The notes beneath the pieces were generated by a model. It searched no databases. It had not been told where the DNA came from and worked only from the letters and a program-made list of their open reading frames with translations. Shown piece after piece: positions 35,624 to 45,462 of a DNA stretch of 56,037 bases. Position 1 is the first letter of the stretch, and each line of letters begins with the position of its first letter. The position numbers and the translations under genes were made by a program. The stretch covers positions 1-56,037 of the IMG/VR virus record IMGVR_UViG_3300024998_000001; one strand, written 5' to 3'. The stretch comes from a virus (Duplodnaviria; Caudoviricetes).

Positions 35624-36353
35624 TAGCGTGCTCCAGATCATTCAGGACGCCATGGACGAACTCTCCCTGCCGCGGCTCGCGTCTGTGGTGGGGAGTTCCG
35701 ATCCAATGGCCCGGCAGATGCTTTCCCTGTTCAATGCCCATGGCAAGGAACTGGCGAGTGATACCGACTGGACGATTCTGGATCGCGTCAACGTCTTTCC
35801 GACCGTTGTTGATCAGGCCGAATACGATCTGCCCGGCGATTTCGATCATCTGGTGATCAACACGGTGTGGGACCGGTCGCAACTGACACCGGTGCGCGGG
35901 CCCATCAGCCCGGCCATGTGGCAGACGATCAAATCCGGGCTGATCGGTAACGGCATCTACTTCCGTCGCTATCGCATCGTCCGCGGCGTCAATATGGCGG
36001 TGCGGAAATTCGTGATCGACCCGACGCCGGGAACAAGCGGCGCCGATCTGGTCTTTGAGTACATCTCCAACGCATGGGTAAGCCTGAATGACGGTTCATC
36101 CATTTGCACGCGCGTCACGAACGACACTGATTTCCCGCTGCTCGACGCCACGCTGATGCGGCTTGGCCTCAAATGGCGGTTTCTGCGCGCCAAGGGTCTG
36201 CCGTTCACGACCGAACTGAACGAGCACAATGAAATGCTCGACAAGATTTCTGGTCGCGACCGGCCGGAGCCCGGCGCTTCGCTGGTCGGGCCCGGTCTGG
36301 TCCAGCGTTTTCTCGGCTATCTCAATATTCCCGAAACTGGGTATGGCAATTGA
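35616..36353 (+). CDS. Head-tail adaptor / tail tubular protein A-like
   Basis: Position; Y.LP.DF, FEY.S..W, LGLKWRFL.AKG. Confidence 0.7.
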   Translation: MPDSVLQIIQDAMDELSLPRLASVVGSSDPMARQMLSLFNAHGKELASDTDWTILDRVNVFPTVVDQAEYDLPGDFDHLVINTVWDRSQLTPVRGPISPAMWQTIKSGLIGNGIYFRRYRIVRGVNMAVRKFVIDPTPGTSGADLVFEYISNAWVSLNDGSSICTRVTNDTDFPLLDATLMRLGLKWRFLRAKGLPFTTELNEHNEMLDKISGRDRPEPGASLVGPGLVQRFLGYLNIPETGYGN

Positions 36354-37933
36354 GACTTTCTGCCGCCCTCAAGCGCACGCCGCGCAACTCCGTCATGCTC
36401 GCGCCGACCGGCCAGATCACATCCCAGCCGGCGCCGACGCGCGGCTGGAATGCGCGCGACCCGCTGCCAGCGATGAAACCTGCCGATGCCGTGGTGCTCG
36501 ACAATTATTTCCCGGATACCGCCGATGTCACGCTTCGCGGCGGATGTGTCTCCCATGTCACGGGCCTTCCCAGTCCGGCCGAAACCCTCTCCGTCTATGG
36601 CGCGGCTTCGGCGGAAGAGATGTGGGCTTGGGCGGCGGGTGGCATCTACAATGTCTCGTCGGGCGGGGCGGCCGGAGCCGCGGCCGTTACGGGGCTCACC
36701 AATTCCCGCTGGGAAGCGGTGAATTACAGCACCTCGGGGAATCATTTCATCGAAGCGGTCAATGGCGTCGATGAACTTCTGATCTATGACGGCACGACGT
36801 GGCAGAGCGTCAACGGTTCCAGCACGCCTTATGCCATCACCGGCGTCGATACGACTGATCTTGCCTTTCTGTTCGTATTCAAGAAGCGGCTGTTCTTCCT
36901 GGAGAACGCCAGCCTGAAATTCTGGTTTCTGGCGGTCGATTCCGTTGCGGGGACGGCTACCGGTTTTGATCTCGGCCCAGTCTTCAAGAGTGGGGGGCAT
37001 CTCGTTGCCGGTGGTTCATGGACCCGCGACGGCGGCGACGGCATGGACGATCTCGCTGCCTTCATCACCAGCATGGGCGAGGTCGCGATCTATTCCGGCA
37101 CGGACCCTGCTGACGCCACGAACTGGTCCCTGATCGGTCGCTACGACATTCCGCCGCCGATTGGACGGCGCTGCCTGATCAAGACGGGCGCCGATCTGGC
37201 GGTAATCACCATTGACGGTGTAATTCCGCTGGGACGCATTCTGAGCCTCGACCGCGCTGAAACCAACAAGGTGGCGCTGAGCGATCGCATTCGCAAAGCC
37301 TTCAGCAGCGCCGCCAGTCTCTATCGGAACTCGTTCGGGTGGGAAGCGATCTCCTATCCGGGTGGGTCGCAGGTCCTGTTCAATGTTCCTGTGCAAGAAG
37401 GTGTCGAGCAGCATCAATACGTATTGAACGCGACGACCGGCGCATGGTGCCGCTATCTCGGCTGGAACGCGCGGACCTGGGCCGTCTTCAAGGAAAAGCT
37501 CTATTTCGCTGACAACGGCGGCAACATCATTCGTGCCGATGAAGGCAATGACGACAATGGCGAGCCCATCGTCGGCTCTATTCAGGCAGCATATGCCTAT
37601 CACGGCGGCAAGGGACGGCAGGCCAGTTATCAGATGGTCAAGCCGATCATCGTCAGCGGACCATCGCTGAAATATGGACTGGGCATCGCGGTCGATTTCG
37701 ATACGGATGTGCAGATCGGGGTTATCGACACGTCCGGCGATGATGCCGCGCCGGTATGGGACGAAGCGACGTGGGATGTGAGCGCGTGGTCCACGCTGAC
37801 CACGTTGAAAGAATGGCGCAATACCCCAGCCATCGGAACCTGCGGCAGCATCCTGTTTCGCACTTCGACCATCGGATTGCCGGTTTCGGTCACCGCCTTT
37901 GATCTTCTTCTCATCGCCGGGGGGCCGCTCTGA
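36350..37933 (+). CDS. Tail nozzle / DNA-stabilization (P22 gp10- or T7 gp12-like) beta-propeller
   Basis: 527 aa, beta-rich; PAP..GWNARD, F.TS.GEV..Y.GTDP. Confidence 0.75.
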   Translation: MRLSAALKRTPRNSVMLAPTGQITSQPAPTRGWNARDPLPAMKPADAVVLDNYFPDTADVTLRGGCVSHVTGLPSPAETLSVYGAASAEEMWAWAAGGIYNVSSGGAAGAAAVTGLTNSRWEAVNYSTSGNHFIEAVNGVDELLIYDGTTWQSVNGSSTPYAITGVDTTDLAFLFVFKKRLFFLENASLKFWFLAVDSVAGTATGFDLGPVFKSGGHLVAGGSWTRDGGDGMDDLAAFITSMGEVAIYSGTDPADATNWSLIGRYDIPPPIGRRCLIKTGADLAVITIDGVIPLGRILSLDRAETNKVALSDRIRKAFSSAASLYRNSFGWEAISYPGGSQVLFNVPVQEGVEQHQYVLNATTGAWCRYLGWNARTWAVFKEKLYFADNGGNIIRADEGNDDNGEPIVGSIQAAYAYHGGKGRQASYQMVKPIIVSGPSLKYGLGIAVDFDTDVQIGVIDTSGDDAAPVWDEATWDVSAWSTLTTLKEWRNTPAIGTCGSILFRTSTIGLPVSVTAFDLLLIAGGPL

Positions 37934-38421
37934 TGTTGAGCCTCGTCTTCTCCAAGAGTGCGGAAGACCCGTTCAACGAGGCCATTGCCCGTTGGGTGAT
38001 GGAGCGGACTCATATGCACCGCGTGCTGATCCCGCGCACCTATACCGCAATCGGTGTGATCCGCGTCGGCTCGCAGCAAGAACCAAAGGTGATCGCGGGC
38101 GTTTTGTTTCACGATTTTTCGCATGTTGGGAGTGGCGCGCGCATCGAAGTGAGCATGGCGGCTGATGATCCATGCTGGGCTCGGCGCGGCGTGATTTCCG
38201 CCATTCTTCATTACCCATTCGTGCAGCTTGGCTGTCATGTGCTTTGCGCCACGACCGATCGCACCAACCGCAGGACGCGAAAATTCCTGCAGGGCTTGGG
38301 CTTCAAGGAACGCGGCATCATTCCGAACCGACCTTACGCCGACGACACCGTGATCTATGCGCTGCGCCGGGAAGATGCGGCGCGCTGGGTGCATTTTCCA
38401 ACTGAACAGGTGGCGGCATGA
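37933..38421 (+). CDS. GNAT-fold virion-assembly protein
   Basis: YPF.QLGC, N....KFL..LGF..RG; usual position before the ejection proteins. Confidence 0.75.
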   Translation: MLSLVFSKSAEDPFNEAIARWVMERTHMHRVLIPRTYTAIGVIRVGSQQEPKVIAGVLFHDFSHVGSGARIEVSMAADDPCWARRGVISAILHYPFVQLGCHVLCATTDRTNRRTRKFLQGLGFKERGIIPNRPYADDTVIYALRREDAARWVHFPTEQVAA

Positions 38422-39740
38422 AATCAGCAGGCTCACCCCCGGCCGCGCCCGATCCCGTTCAGACAGCGGCGGCGCAAGGCAAGGAGAACCGGCAGACGGC
38501 GGCCTACGAACAGGCGATGAACTTCGTCAATCAGACGACGCCTCTCGGCAGCCTGACCTATACGCAGTTGAGCCCCGGCAATGCCAACACACCGCCGCAA
38601 TGGCAATCGACTGTCACGCTTTCGCCGGAGGGGCAGAAATCCTTCGATCTGCAACAACAGGTCGGGACCGCGCTGAACAACCTGGCCCTGAAGGGGACAG
38701 GGCAGGTCACCTCTGCTCTCGACAAGCCGCAGGACTATTCCGGGTTGCCTTCGGTCCCGTCGAGCCTAGACCTTTCGGGCCTGCCGCAGATTCCGGCCTT
38801 CGACACCAGCAAATTGCCGTCCGCGCAGCAATCGCTCGACTTCTCGAACCTGCCCGCGATGACCGGCATCGATCTCTCCAAGTTGGGGGATATGCCGGCC
38901 GGGCTCGACCTTTCGTCTCTTGGCGCGCGCCCCACGGCCAATGCCGATGTTCTCAAGGGCGCACAGGATGCCGCCTATTCCAATGCGACGGCGATCCTCG
39001 ATCCGCAATGGGAAAAGAGCCAGCGCAATCTCGAAACACAACTGGTCAACAGCGGTATCGCGCGCGGCACTCCGGCGTGGGATCAGGCCATGTCCGAGTT
39101 CAACCAGTCGAAATCGTCTGCATACGGCGCGGCCCGCAACGATGCCTTCAATCAAGGCTTGGCAGCGGAATCGAACCAGTTCGGCATCGAAAACACGGCC
39201 TACAATACCGGCCTCAACGCGCTGCAACAGCAATTGGCGGACGCTCTCGGCATCCGGTCGCAAGGATTGAACGAACAGGAGACAGCACTCGACGCCGCGA
39301 TCAAGGGTCGCCAGCAGGGCATGTCGGAACAGCAGTCGCAGTTCAATGCCACCAATCAGGCCCGCCAGAATGCATTGGCCGAAATGCTCACTGGCATCGA
39401 TGTGGCGAGCGGGACGCGTCAGCAGGGACTTTCCGAGGCTGAGGCGCAGGCGGCGCAGGCGGCAGCCGCCCGCCAACAGGGCATCACCGAATCCAATTAT
39501 CTGCGCGAACTGCCGATCAATGAAATCTCGGCGCTGCTCAATGGCGGACAGGTCCAGTTCCCGCAATTTGGATCGACCGGAAACACGCAAGTGCAGCCCG
39601 TCGATATCGCTGGCCTGATCAACCAGAACTACAACCAGCGCTACCAGCAATATCAGCAGCGGTTGCAGCAGCAGAACGCGATGTGGGGCGGTCTTGCCAG
39701 CCTTGGCGGCACGCTCGGCAGCGCCCTCATTCTTGCCTAG
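38418..39740 (+). CDS. DNA ejection (internal virion) protein
   Basis: P.APDP..TA.AQ N-terminus, NQ.TP.GSL.Y, Gln/Ala-rich, C-terminal GGL..LGG.LG. Confidence 0.7.
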   Translation: MKSAGSPPAAPDPVQTAAAQGKENRQTAAYEQAMNFVNQTTPLGSLTYTQLSPGNANTPPQWQSTVTLSPEGQKSFDLQQQVGTALNNLALKGTGQVTSALDKPQDYSGLPSVPSSLDLSGLPQIPAFDTSKLPSAQQSLDFSNLPAMTGIDLSKLGDMPAGLDLSSLGARPTANADVLKGAQDAAYSNATAILDPQWEKSQRNLETQLVNSGIARGTPAWDQAMSEFNQSKSSAYGAARNDAFNQGLAAESNQFGIENTAYNTGLNALQQQLADALGIRSQGLNEQETALDAAIKGRQQGMSEQQSQFNATNQARQNALAEMLTGIDVASGTRQQGLSEAEAQAAQAAAARQQGITESNYLRELPINEISALLNGGQVQFPQFGSTGNTQVQPVDIAGLINQNYNQRYQQYQQRLQQQNAMWGGLASLGGTLGSALILA

Positions 39741-39750
39741 GAACGCGCCT

Positions 39751-40449
39751 ATGCCCATCAACTACGCCCCGCCTCAGCATCAACCGAACTTCATCCAGTT
39801 CCTGCAACAGCCGCAGTTGCCGAATGTCCCGATGCCGTTTCAGGACACGCGACGGATTGATCATCAGGAAGCATTGGCTAAAGCCATCATGGGGCATGGC
39901 CTCGATGCCTCACCGGCAGTCGGCGGTCCCGGTGAAGCGCTCGCGCGCGTCGGACAAGCCCTTCTCGGCAGCTACATGGCGAAGCGCGCCGGTGACAGGC
40001 GCGACGAAGCCAATGCGGAAAATGCGGATGCGCTGCGGTCAGCGCTTCAAAGCGGGGATATATCTGGGCTCATTTCGAGCGGCAATGACACAGCCGAGAA
40101 GGTTGGCGCGGCCATCCTCGAAAGCCAGATGAAGCCGCGCACCGAATACCGCGATCTGACGCCCGAAGAGATTGCCGCAACCGGATACCGCCAGCGCGAT
40201 TCCAACGGGCAACTCGTTTCTCCAGTCAAGCCGCCTAACACCGGTTTACCGCCTGGCTACCAATGGAATGCCGATCATACAGGGTGGGAACCCATCCCCG
40301 GCGGACCGGCCGATCCGAATAGCCCAAAGAACAAGCAGGCTGCGGATATGCGCCTTCGCGCGCTTGCGCTTCAGGAAAAGGCGGTCAAGGCCGGGATAGC
40401 CGACAAGACCTCAAACCTGAACCCGTGGGCAATGGACTGGGGTAACTGA
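39751..40449 (+). CDS. Putative ejection protein
   Basis: Position; IPGGPADP motif. Confidence 0.6.
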   Translation: MPINYAPPQHQPNFIQFLQQPQLPNVPMPFQDTRRIDHQEALAKAIMGHGLDASPAVGGPGEALARVGQALLGSYMAKRAGDRRDEANAENADALRSALQSGDISGLISSGNDTAEKVGAAILESQMKPRTEYRDLTPEEIAATGYRQRDSNGQLVSPVKPPNTGLPPGYQWNADHTGWEPIPGGPADPNSPKNKQAADMRLRALALQEKAVKAGIADKTSNLNPWAMDWGN

Positions 40450-40450
40450 C

Positions 40451-41137
40451 ATGCCAATGCCGGATGTTGGCCAGGTCGTAAACGGCTTTGTCTTTCAGGG
40501 CGGAAACCCGAACTCGCAGGCATCATGGAAACCGGCGACAGGAAATGATTTGTTGCCGTCGCTGAAGCCGAAGGAGCGGGTTGAATACCAGCAGTCGCAA
40601 AACAAGGCGCGTGCCGCCTACATGGCGCTCACTGCGGAGCGTCAGACTGTTTATGACGCCATCGACAAAGCGCTAAAAAATACCGACTGGTATACCGCAG
40701 GCCCTGCCGGATGGTTGAATTGGGTGCCTGGTTCGCCCCCAAAAACGCTCGCCTCTGATCTGAAAACAATCAAGTCCAATATCGGATTCGATAAGCTGCA
40801 GCAGATGCGTGAAAACTCGCCGACCGGTGGCGCTCTTGGGCAAGTCTCAGATCGCGAAAATGAGCTTCTGCAATCTGTGATGGGAAACCTCGATCAGGAT
40901 TTGGCGCCATCACAGTTGCGTGACAATCTGATCGCCATCCGCGACAGGTTACGGGCAGGGGACAAATTGCGGGCGGAAGCCTATGAGCGTGACTTCGGCG
41001 CTCCGCCGCCAAACATGGCATCAGTTTCGGGCGCAACCCCGCCATCCACTTTCGGCATGCAACGGCCGGCAGCGCCGAACTCTGCGTCCCCAGTGCCGAA
41101 CGACATCAATGCGTTGCTCAAGAAGTATGGCGGTTAG
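40451..41137 (+). CDS. Putative ejection protein
   Basis: L.TIK.NIGFDKLQ.MR..SPTGGALGQVS.RE..LLQ motif. Confidence 0.6.
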   Translation: MPMPDVGQVVNGFVFQGGNPNSQASWKPATGNDLLPSLKPKERVEYQQSQNKARAAYMALTAERQTVYDAIDKALKNTDWYTAGPAGWLNWVPGSPPKTLASDLKTIKSNIGFDKLQQMRENSPTGGALGQVSDRENELLQSVMGNLDQDLAPSQLRDNLIAIRDRLRAGDKLRAEAYERDFGAPPPNMASVSGATPPSTFGMQRPAAPNSASPVPNDINALLKKYGG

Positions 41138-41139
41138 CA

Positions 41140-43332
41140 ATGGCGGATCTGGACCGGCTATATGACGCGTTGCGCAAGGCAGATGCGGCCGGAAACGCAG
41201 ATGATGCGCGTGCGATCGCGCAAGCGATCAGAGCGCAAACGGCTTCTGATAAAGACGAATCGGCAAAGCAAGTCATGCAGGTGGCTGCTGGAGCGCCGAC
41301 GCCTGCGGCATCTGGCGTTGAGCGTGCTGCGACCGCGGCTGGTATGGGTGCCAAGGGTTTTGCCGATAGCGCGCTCGAAGCCATCGGCCTTGTGCCAGAT
41401 TTCGTTGCATCGGGCTTCAAAGCTGTTGGCTTACCTGCGCCCGAGGACCCACATTTCTACACCAAAGGTTTGAAGAAGGCTTATCAGACAGCCGGAGAGA
41501 CCTTAGCTGCGCCTTTGAAGGCGCTTGGCGTTCCCGATGTGACGCTTCCCGATAAGCCGCAGAACACGGAACAGCGACTTGCCTATGGTGCGGGGCGCGG
41601 TGCGGCCGATGCGCTGTCTTTCATGGTCCCGGCCGCTGCTGTTGCCAAGACGGCAAAGGCCGGTTCGACAGCCGAACATGTCGCCAATGCACTGATGGCA
41701 GCGCCCGCTGCGCAGATTGGGGCCGGCAGCGTCGGCGGCGCGGTCGGACAGGAAACCGATAGTCCCGCCCTCGGCATTCTCGCAGCGTTGGGAACGGCCG
41801 GGTCGGCAGAAGGTCTTCGCAACCTCTCCACGCGTGCGTTTCGGCCAGACCTGTCGGCTTTGACCTCGGCTGAGCCGGGCGCGGCGCGGGCTGCTGCCCA
41901 ATACGTCTCAAAAATCGCTGATACGGCCGGGAAGGGAACAAATGCAATTTCTCGCGCCGCGGCGGACTTCGAAGGCAAGCCGGTCACCGCGGCGGAAGCG
42001 ATCGGACGGCCAGGTGTTGGAGCATTGGCAGCGCTCGGACGGCGGGCAGGCACAACACCGGATGCATTGGAAGGGGTGCTGGGTGCGCGCGCCGCGGCTG
42101 CGCCTGACCGGATGCTCGCGGATTTTGCCGACACGCTGGGCGTATCGCCCCAGGCCGCTGAAGGGAATTTCGAGGCCCTGATTCAGGCTGGTCGTGAGAA
42201 GGCCAAACCGCTCTATGCCGAAGCCTATAAGGCCAATCCAAACATTGCGTCGAAAGAGATCGATCGCATCCTTGAAACACCGGCTGGAAAGCGCGCGCTG
42301 ACCGATGCACGCAAGATGATGCAGAACGATATGACGCTGATGGGTGTCACCGATCCTGAACTGCTGGCGCAGGCCAAGGAAGCAGGCCAGAAGCTTCCAT
42401 TCAAAGGCGGTGTCGCATCGGGCCTGAAGATGGAAACGCTGGATTATGTTAAGCGCGCGCTCGACGATCAGATCAATGCTGCTTTCCGTGCCGGGAACAG
42501 ACAGGAAGGCGGCGTCATCGTTGGTCTCAAGAACCGTATGGTGAAGGAACTGGAGAACGCCGATATCACGGCCCAAGCCGGTCCGAATTCTCTGAAGCCA
42601 GAAGGTGGCAAATACGCTCAGGCTCGAAAAGCGGCCGGCGAATATCTCGGCGCGCAAAACCAGTATGCCGTAGGTCAGAAAGTCCTATTCGACCCGAATA
42701 CCAGTGTTCGGAAAATGACCGCCATGTTGGCGGACATGGACGGCCCCAGCCTCGAAGCCTTCAAGGGTGGTGTTGCCCAGCGCATCTTCACGATGCAGCA
42801 GAATGGACGGCTTCGACCTGCCGTGCTCGATGTACCGGCTGTGCGTGGCAAGCTGGCCGCGTTGTTCGGACCAGAGAATGCGGATGCGTTCATCGGGCGT
42901 GTGAAGGCCGAAGCGAAATTGGCCGTCACAGGAAATCGCATGATGCCTGGCAAAGGATCAGCCACACAGGAACTGAACGACGCGATGGCCGATCAGGACA
43001 ACGGAAAGCGGTTGAGGCAAGCCGCAGACATTGCCTCCATAGGCGTTCATCTCGGGAAAGGAAATGTTCTGCCCGCGTTGATGCGAATGGGGCAGGTGGC
43101 TTTCGACACGGCTGCACATCCCCGGCGCGCCGTGATGCCGGTGGCGACCCGCGACGAGGCAGGACGGCTTTTGATGCTGAGCCCGGATGATCTCGCCAAC
43201 TATTTGACCCAGGTCGATGCGACGAAGACCGCGGCTGTGCCGCAGATATTGCGCGATCCCGCACTGTCGAGAGATGTGGTGGCGGCGCTATTGATGGGCA
43301 GAAACAAGGATATCGCGCTCAACCCGCGTTAG
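41140..43332 (+). CDS. Large DNA transfer/ejection protein
   Basis: 730 aa, Ala-rich helical; ALRKADAAG...DAR N-terminus, LDYVKRALDD. Confidence 0.7.
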   Translation: MADLDRLYDALRKADAAGNADDARAIAQAIRAQTASDKDESAKQVMQVAAGAPTPAASGVERAATAAGMGAKGFADSALEAIGLVPDFVASGFKAVGLPAPEDPHFYTKGLKKAYQTAGETLAAPLKALGVPDVTLPDKPQNTEQRLAYGAGRGAADALSFMVPAAAVAKTAKAGSTAEHVANALMAAPAAQIGAGSVGGAVGQETDSPALGILAALGTAGSAEGLRNLSTRAFRPDLSALTSAEPGAARAAAQYVSKIADTAGKGTNAISRAAADFEGKPVTAAEAIGRPGVGALAALGRRAGTTPDALEGVLGARAAAAPDRMLADFADTLGVSPQAAEGNFEALIQAGREKAKPLYAEAYKANPNIASKEIDRILETPAGKRALTDARKMMQNDMTLMGVTDPELLAQAKEAGQKLPFKGGVASGLKMETLDYVKRALDDQINAAFRAGNRQEGGVIVGLKNRMVKELENADITAQAGPNSLKPEGGKYAQARKAAGEYLGAQNQYAVGQKVLFDPNTSVRKMTAMLADMDGPSLEAFKGGVAQRIFTMQQNGRLRPAVLDVPAVRGKLAALFGPENADAFIGRVKAEAKLAVTGNRMMPGKGSATQELNDAMADQDNGKRLRQAADIASIGVHLGKGNVLPALMRMGQVAFDTAAHPRRAVMPVATRDEAGRLLMLSPDDLANYLTQVDATKTAAVPQILRDPALSRDVVAALLMGRNKDIALNPR

Positions 43333-43550
43333 GGGTCAAGGCTCATGGAGCGTGCCGCGGCGCGGCCAAATCGAAGCCAGACATAGAGCTTCGTCAGGAA
43401 ATAGGTCGCGGCGAATCCACAGAATGCCGAACCGAAAAGCTGGGCCTTTGGCGTGAGATCGGCGGTATGGGCAAAGACCCAAACCCCGACCGCACACGAG
43501 ATCAGGAACTGAATCATCATTCCCAGATATTCGGAACGTTTGCTCTGCAT
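43329..43550 (-). CDS. Small two-TM membrane protein (convergent moron)
   Basis: Two hydrophobic helices; counter-oriented between the ejection and fibre genes. Confidence 0.55.
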   Translation of the reverse strand: MQSKRSEYLGMMIQFLISCAVGVWVFAHTADLTPKAQLFGSAFCGFAATYFLTKLYVWLRFGRAAARSMSLDP

Positions 43551-43603
43551 TTCGAAGCCCGCCGATATCTCACGATTATAGTCCTCTATGAGGGAACTTA
43601 AAG

Positions 43604-44824
43604 ATGCCCTTTAACGGCTCTGGAACTTTCAACCGCCTCTATTCGTGGACATCGGATGCCGCGAATGGGATCAAAATCCGTGCCGACCGCATGGATGGCG
43701 AGATGAATGGGTTTGCAGCCGGTCTCAGCGACTGTGTGACCCGCGACGGCCAGAGTCCGGCGACGGCAAATCTGCCGATGGGCGGTTTCAAGCACACCAA
43801 CGTGGGGGCGGCGGCCAATCCGTCTGACTACGCCGCGGCCGGGCAGGTGGTTAACGGGGCCATGCTGTATGCCACGGCGGTTTCGGGCACGGCCAACGAC
43901 ATCATGGTTTCGACGCTGGTCCATCCCACAGCGCTGGCCGCCGGGCAGACCATCATGTTCAAGGCGGCGGCTGACAATACCGGGGCCGTGACGGTCAATC
44001 GGGATGTGCTGGGCGCAAAGGCGGTGAAACTGCTCGGCGCCGATCTACCGTCCGGCGCGATCAAGACCGGCGATATCGTCGTCATCCAATATGACGGCAC
44101 GCAATATCAATTACTGTTTCCGCACCGGGTGATCAATGCCAACAGTTTGACCGGTACGCTGCCTGATGCGGTATTTCCTGCAACATTGCCTGCCGCTTCC
44201 GGCGCAAACCTGACCAACCTTCCGGCAGCCAATCTGACCGGCACGCTGCCTGCGATCTCCGGCGCGAATCTCACATCGCTGAACGCTTCCGCGATGAGTG
44301 GGACGTTAGATGATGCGCGTCTGTCTTCGAACATCCCGCGTCTTAACGCAGCGGCAAATTTCAGTGGCGGCACTATAAATATAAGCGGACCCAGCACTCT
44401 TACGCTCGGTTTCTACCCAGCAGGTTCGCCCGTCAATTACCTTTTGAGGGCGGACGTACTCGGCAACATCTTTTTCGATAACGGAACCTTCGCGCCATTG
44501 TCGATAAGCGCGGCGGGCGCAGTCGGCATCGTCAATCTCTCCCTGAGCACGCCGCTGCCGGTTGCATCTGGCGGCCTTGGCTCAAACACGGCCGCTGGAG
44601 GCCGCGACAATCTCGGCCTTGGTTCTCTCGCAACGCTTTCCACGATCAACAACAGCAATTGGTCTGGCACTGATCTGGCGGTTGCCAATGGCGGCACCGG
44701 CGCAAGCGATGCACCCACTGCCAGAACAAACCTAGGCATCAAGTCTGGCGGTACGATCAACATCACCGTCTCCAGTGCCGCCCCGTCGGGCGGCAGTGAC
44801 GGTGACTTCTGGTTACAGGTGTAG
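43604..44824 (+). CDS. Tail fibre protein
   Basis: MPFNGSG.F N-terminal tail anchor, RDGQ...[17 protein letters not shown] repeats, GGTGA......ARTNLG repeats. Confidence 0.8.
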   Translation: MPFNGSGTFNRLYSWTSDAANGIKIRADRMDGEMNGFAAGLSDCVTRDGQSPATANLPMGGFKHTNVGAAANPSDYAAAGQVVNGAMLYATAVSGTANDIMVSTLVHPTALAAGQTIMFKAAADNTGAVTVNRDVLGAKAVKLLGADLPSGAIKTGDIVVIQYDGTQYQLLFPHRVINANSLTGTLPDAVFPATLPAASGANLTNLPAANLTGTLPAISGANLTSLNASAMSGTLDDARLSSNIPRLNAAANFSGGTINISGPSTLTLGFYPAGSPVNYLLRADVLGNIFFDNGTFAPLSISAAGAVGIVNLSLSTPLPVASGGLGSNTAAGGRDNLGLGSLATLSTINNSNWSGTDLAVANGGTGASDAPTARTNLGIKSGGTINITVSSAAPSGGSDGDFWLQV

Positions 44825-44827
44825 AGC

Positions 44828-45430
44828 ATGGCTGGACCCTACGGTAAATCAGGAGGCGTTTGGAGCGCAGCCAATCCCTATGGTAGATTAGCGGGCGCTT
44901 GGCAACCAATTCAGAAGATATTCGAGAATGTGTCTGGCTCATGGGTGCAAAGATGGATTCGCTTCACGCCGGTCACGCACACCTATACGGCAGGTAGCGG
45001 CACTGAGGTCGTTCCGACCAATGCTTCGCAGGTTGTCATTTCAGTGTCCGGCGGCGGCGGTGGGGCGATGTCAGCTTCCATCAATGGGCCCGGTGCTCCC
45101 GGTGGTAACGCGACGCGAACCGTGGCTCTTTCCGCGAGCGATTGGGGGGCAGGCATCGCCTATCACGTCGGTACCGGTGGAGCAGGCACAACCACAACTC
45201 CAGCCGGGGCAGGCGGGGCCAGTACTGTCACAGGGACGCTTTCGGCCATCACACTCAACATGACCGGCGGTGGTGGTAGTGGCGCTGGTGGCACATTCAC
45301 TCCGGGTACTGCATCTGGCGGCACAACGAACACGACGGGCGGCGGTGGCGCAGGCGGCCAACCAAGCGGGGAGCCCGGCGTTCCCGGCGGTTACGGCACG
45401 AACGGCGCCGTGAGCTTTTCCTACACCTGA
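44828..45430 (+). CDS. Gly-rich fibre-associated protein
   Basis: GGGGG...G..GG glycine-rich domain after the tail fibre. Confidence 0.65.
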   Translation: MAGPYGKSGGVWSAANPYGRLAGAWQPIQKIFENVSGSWVQRWIRFTPVTHTYTAGSGTEVVPTNASQVVISVSGGGGGAMSASINGPGAPGGNATRTVALSASDWGAGIAYHVGTGGAGTTTTPAGAGGASTVTGTLSAITLNMTGGGGSGAGGTFTPGTASGGTTNTTGGGGAGGQPSGEPGVPGGYGTNGAVSFSYT

Positions 45431-45462
45431 CTCTCAAAAGTTCATTCAGACAGGAGCAAATC

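Noticed and set aside
44130-45430. SGANLT and glycine-rich repeats as DNA repeat elements
   Set aside because: They are protein-level repeats typical of phage fibres and are degenerate at the DNA level.
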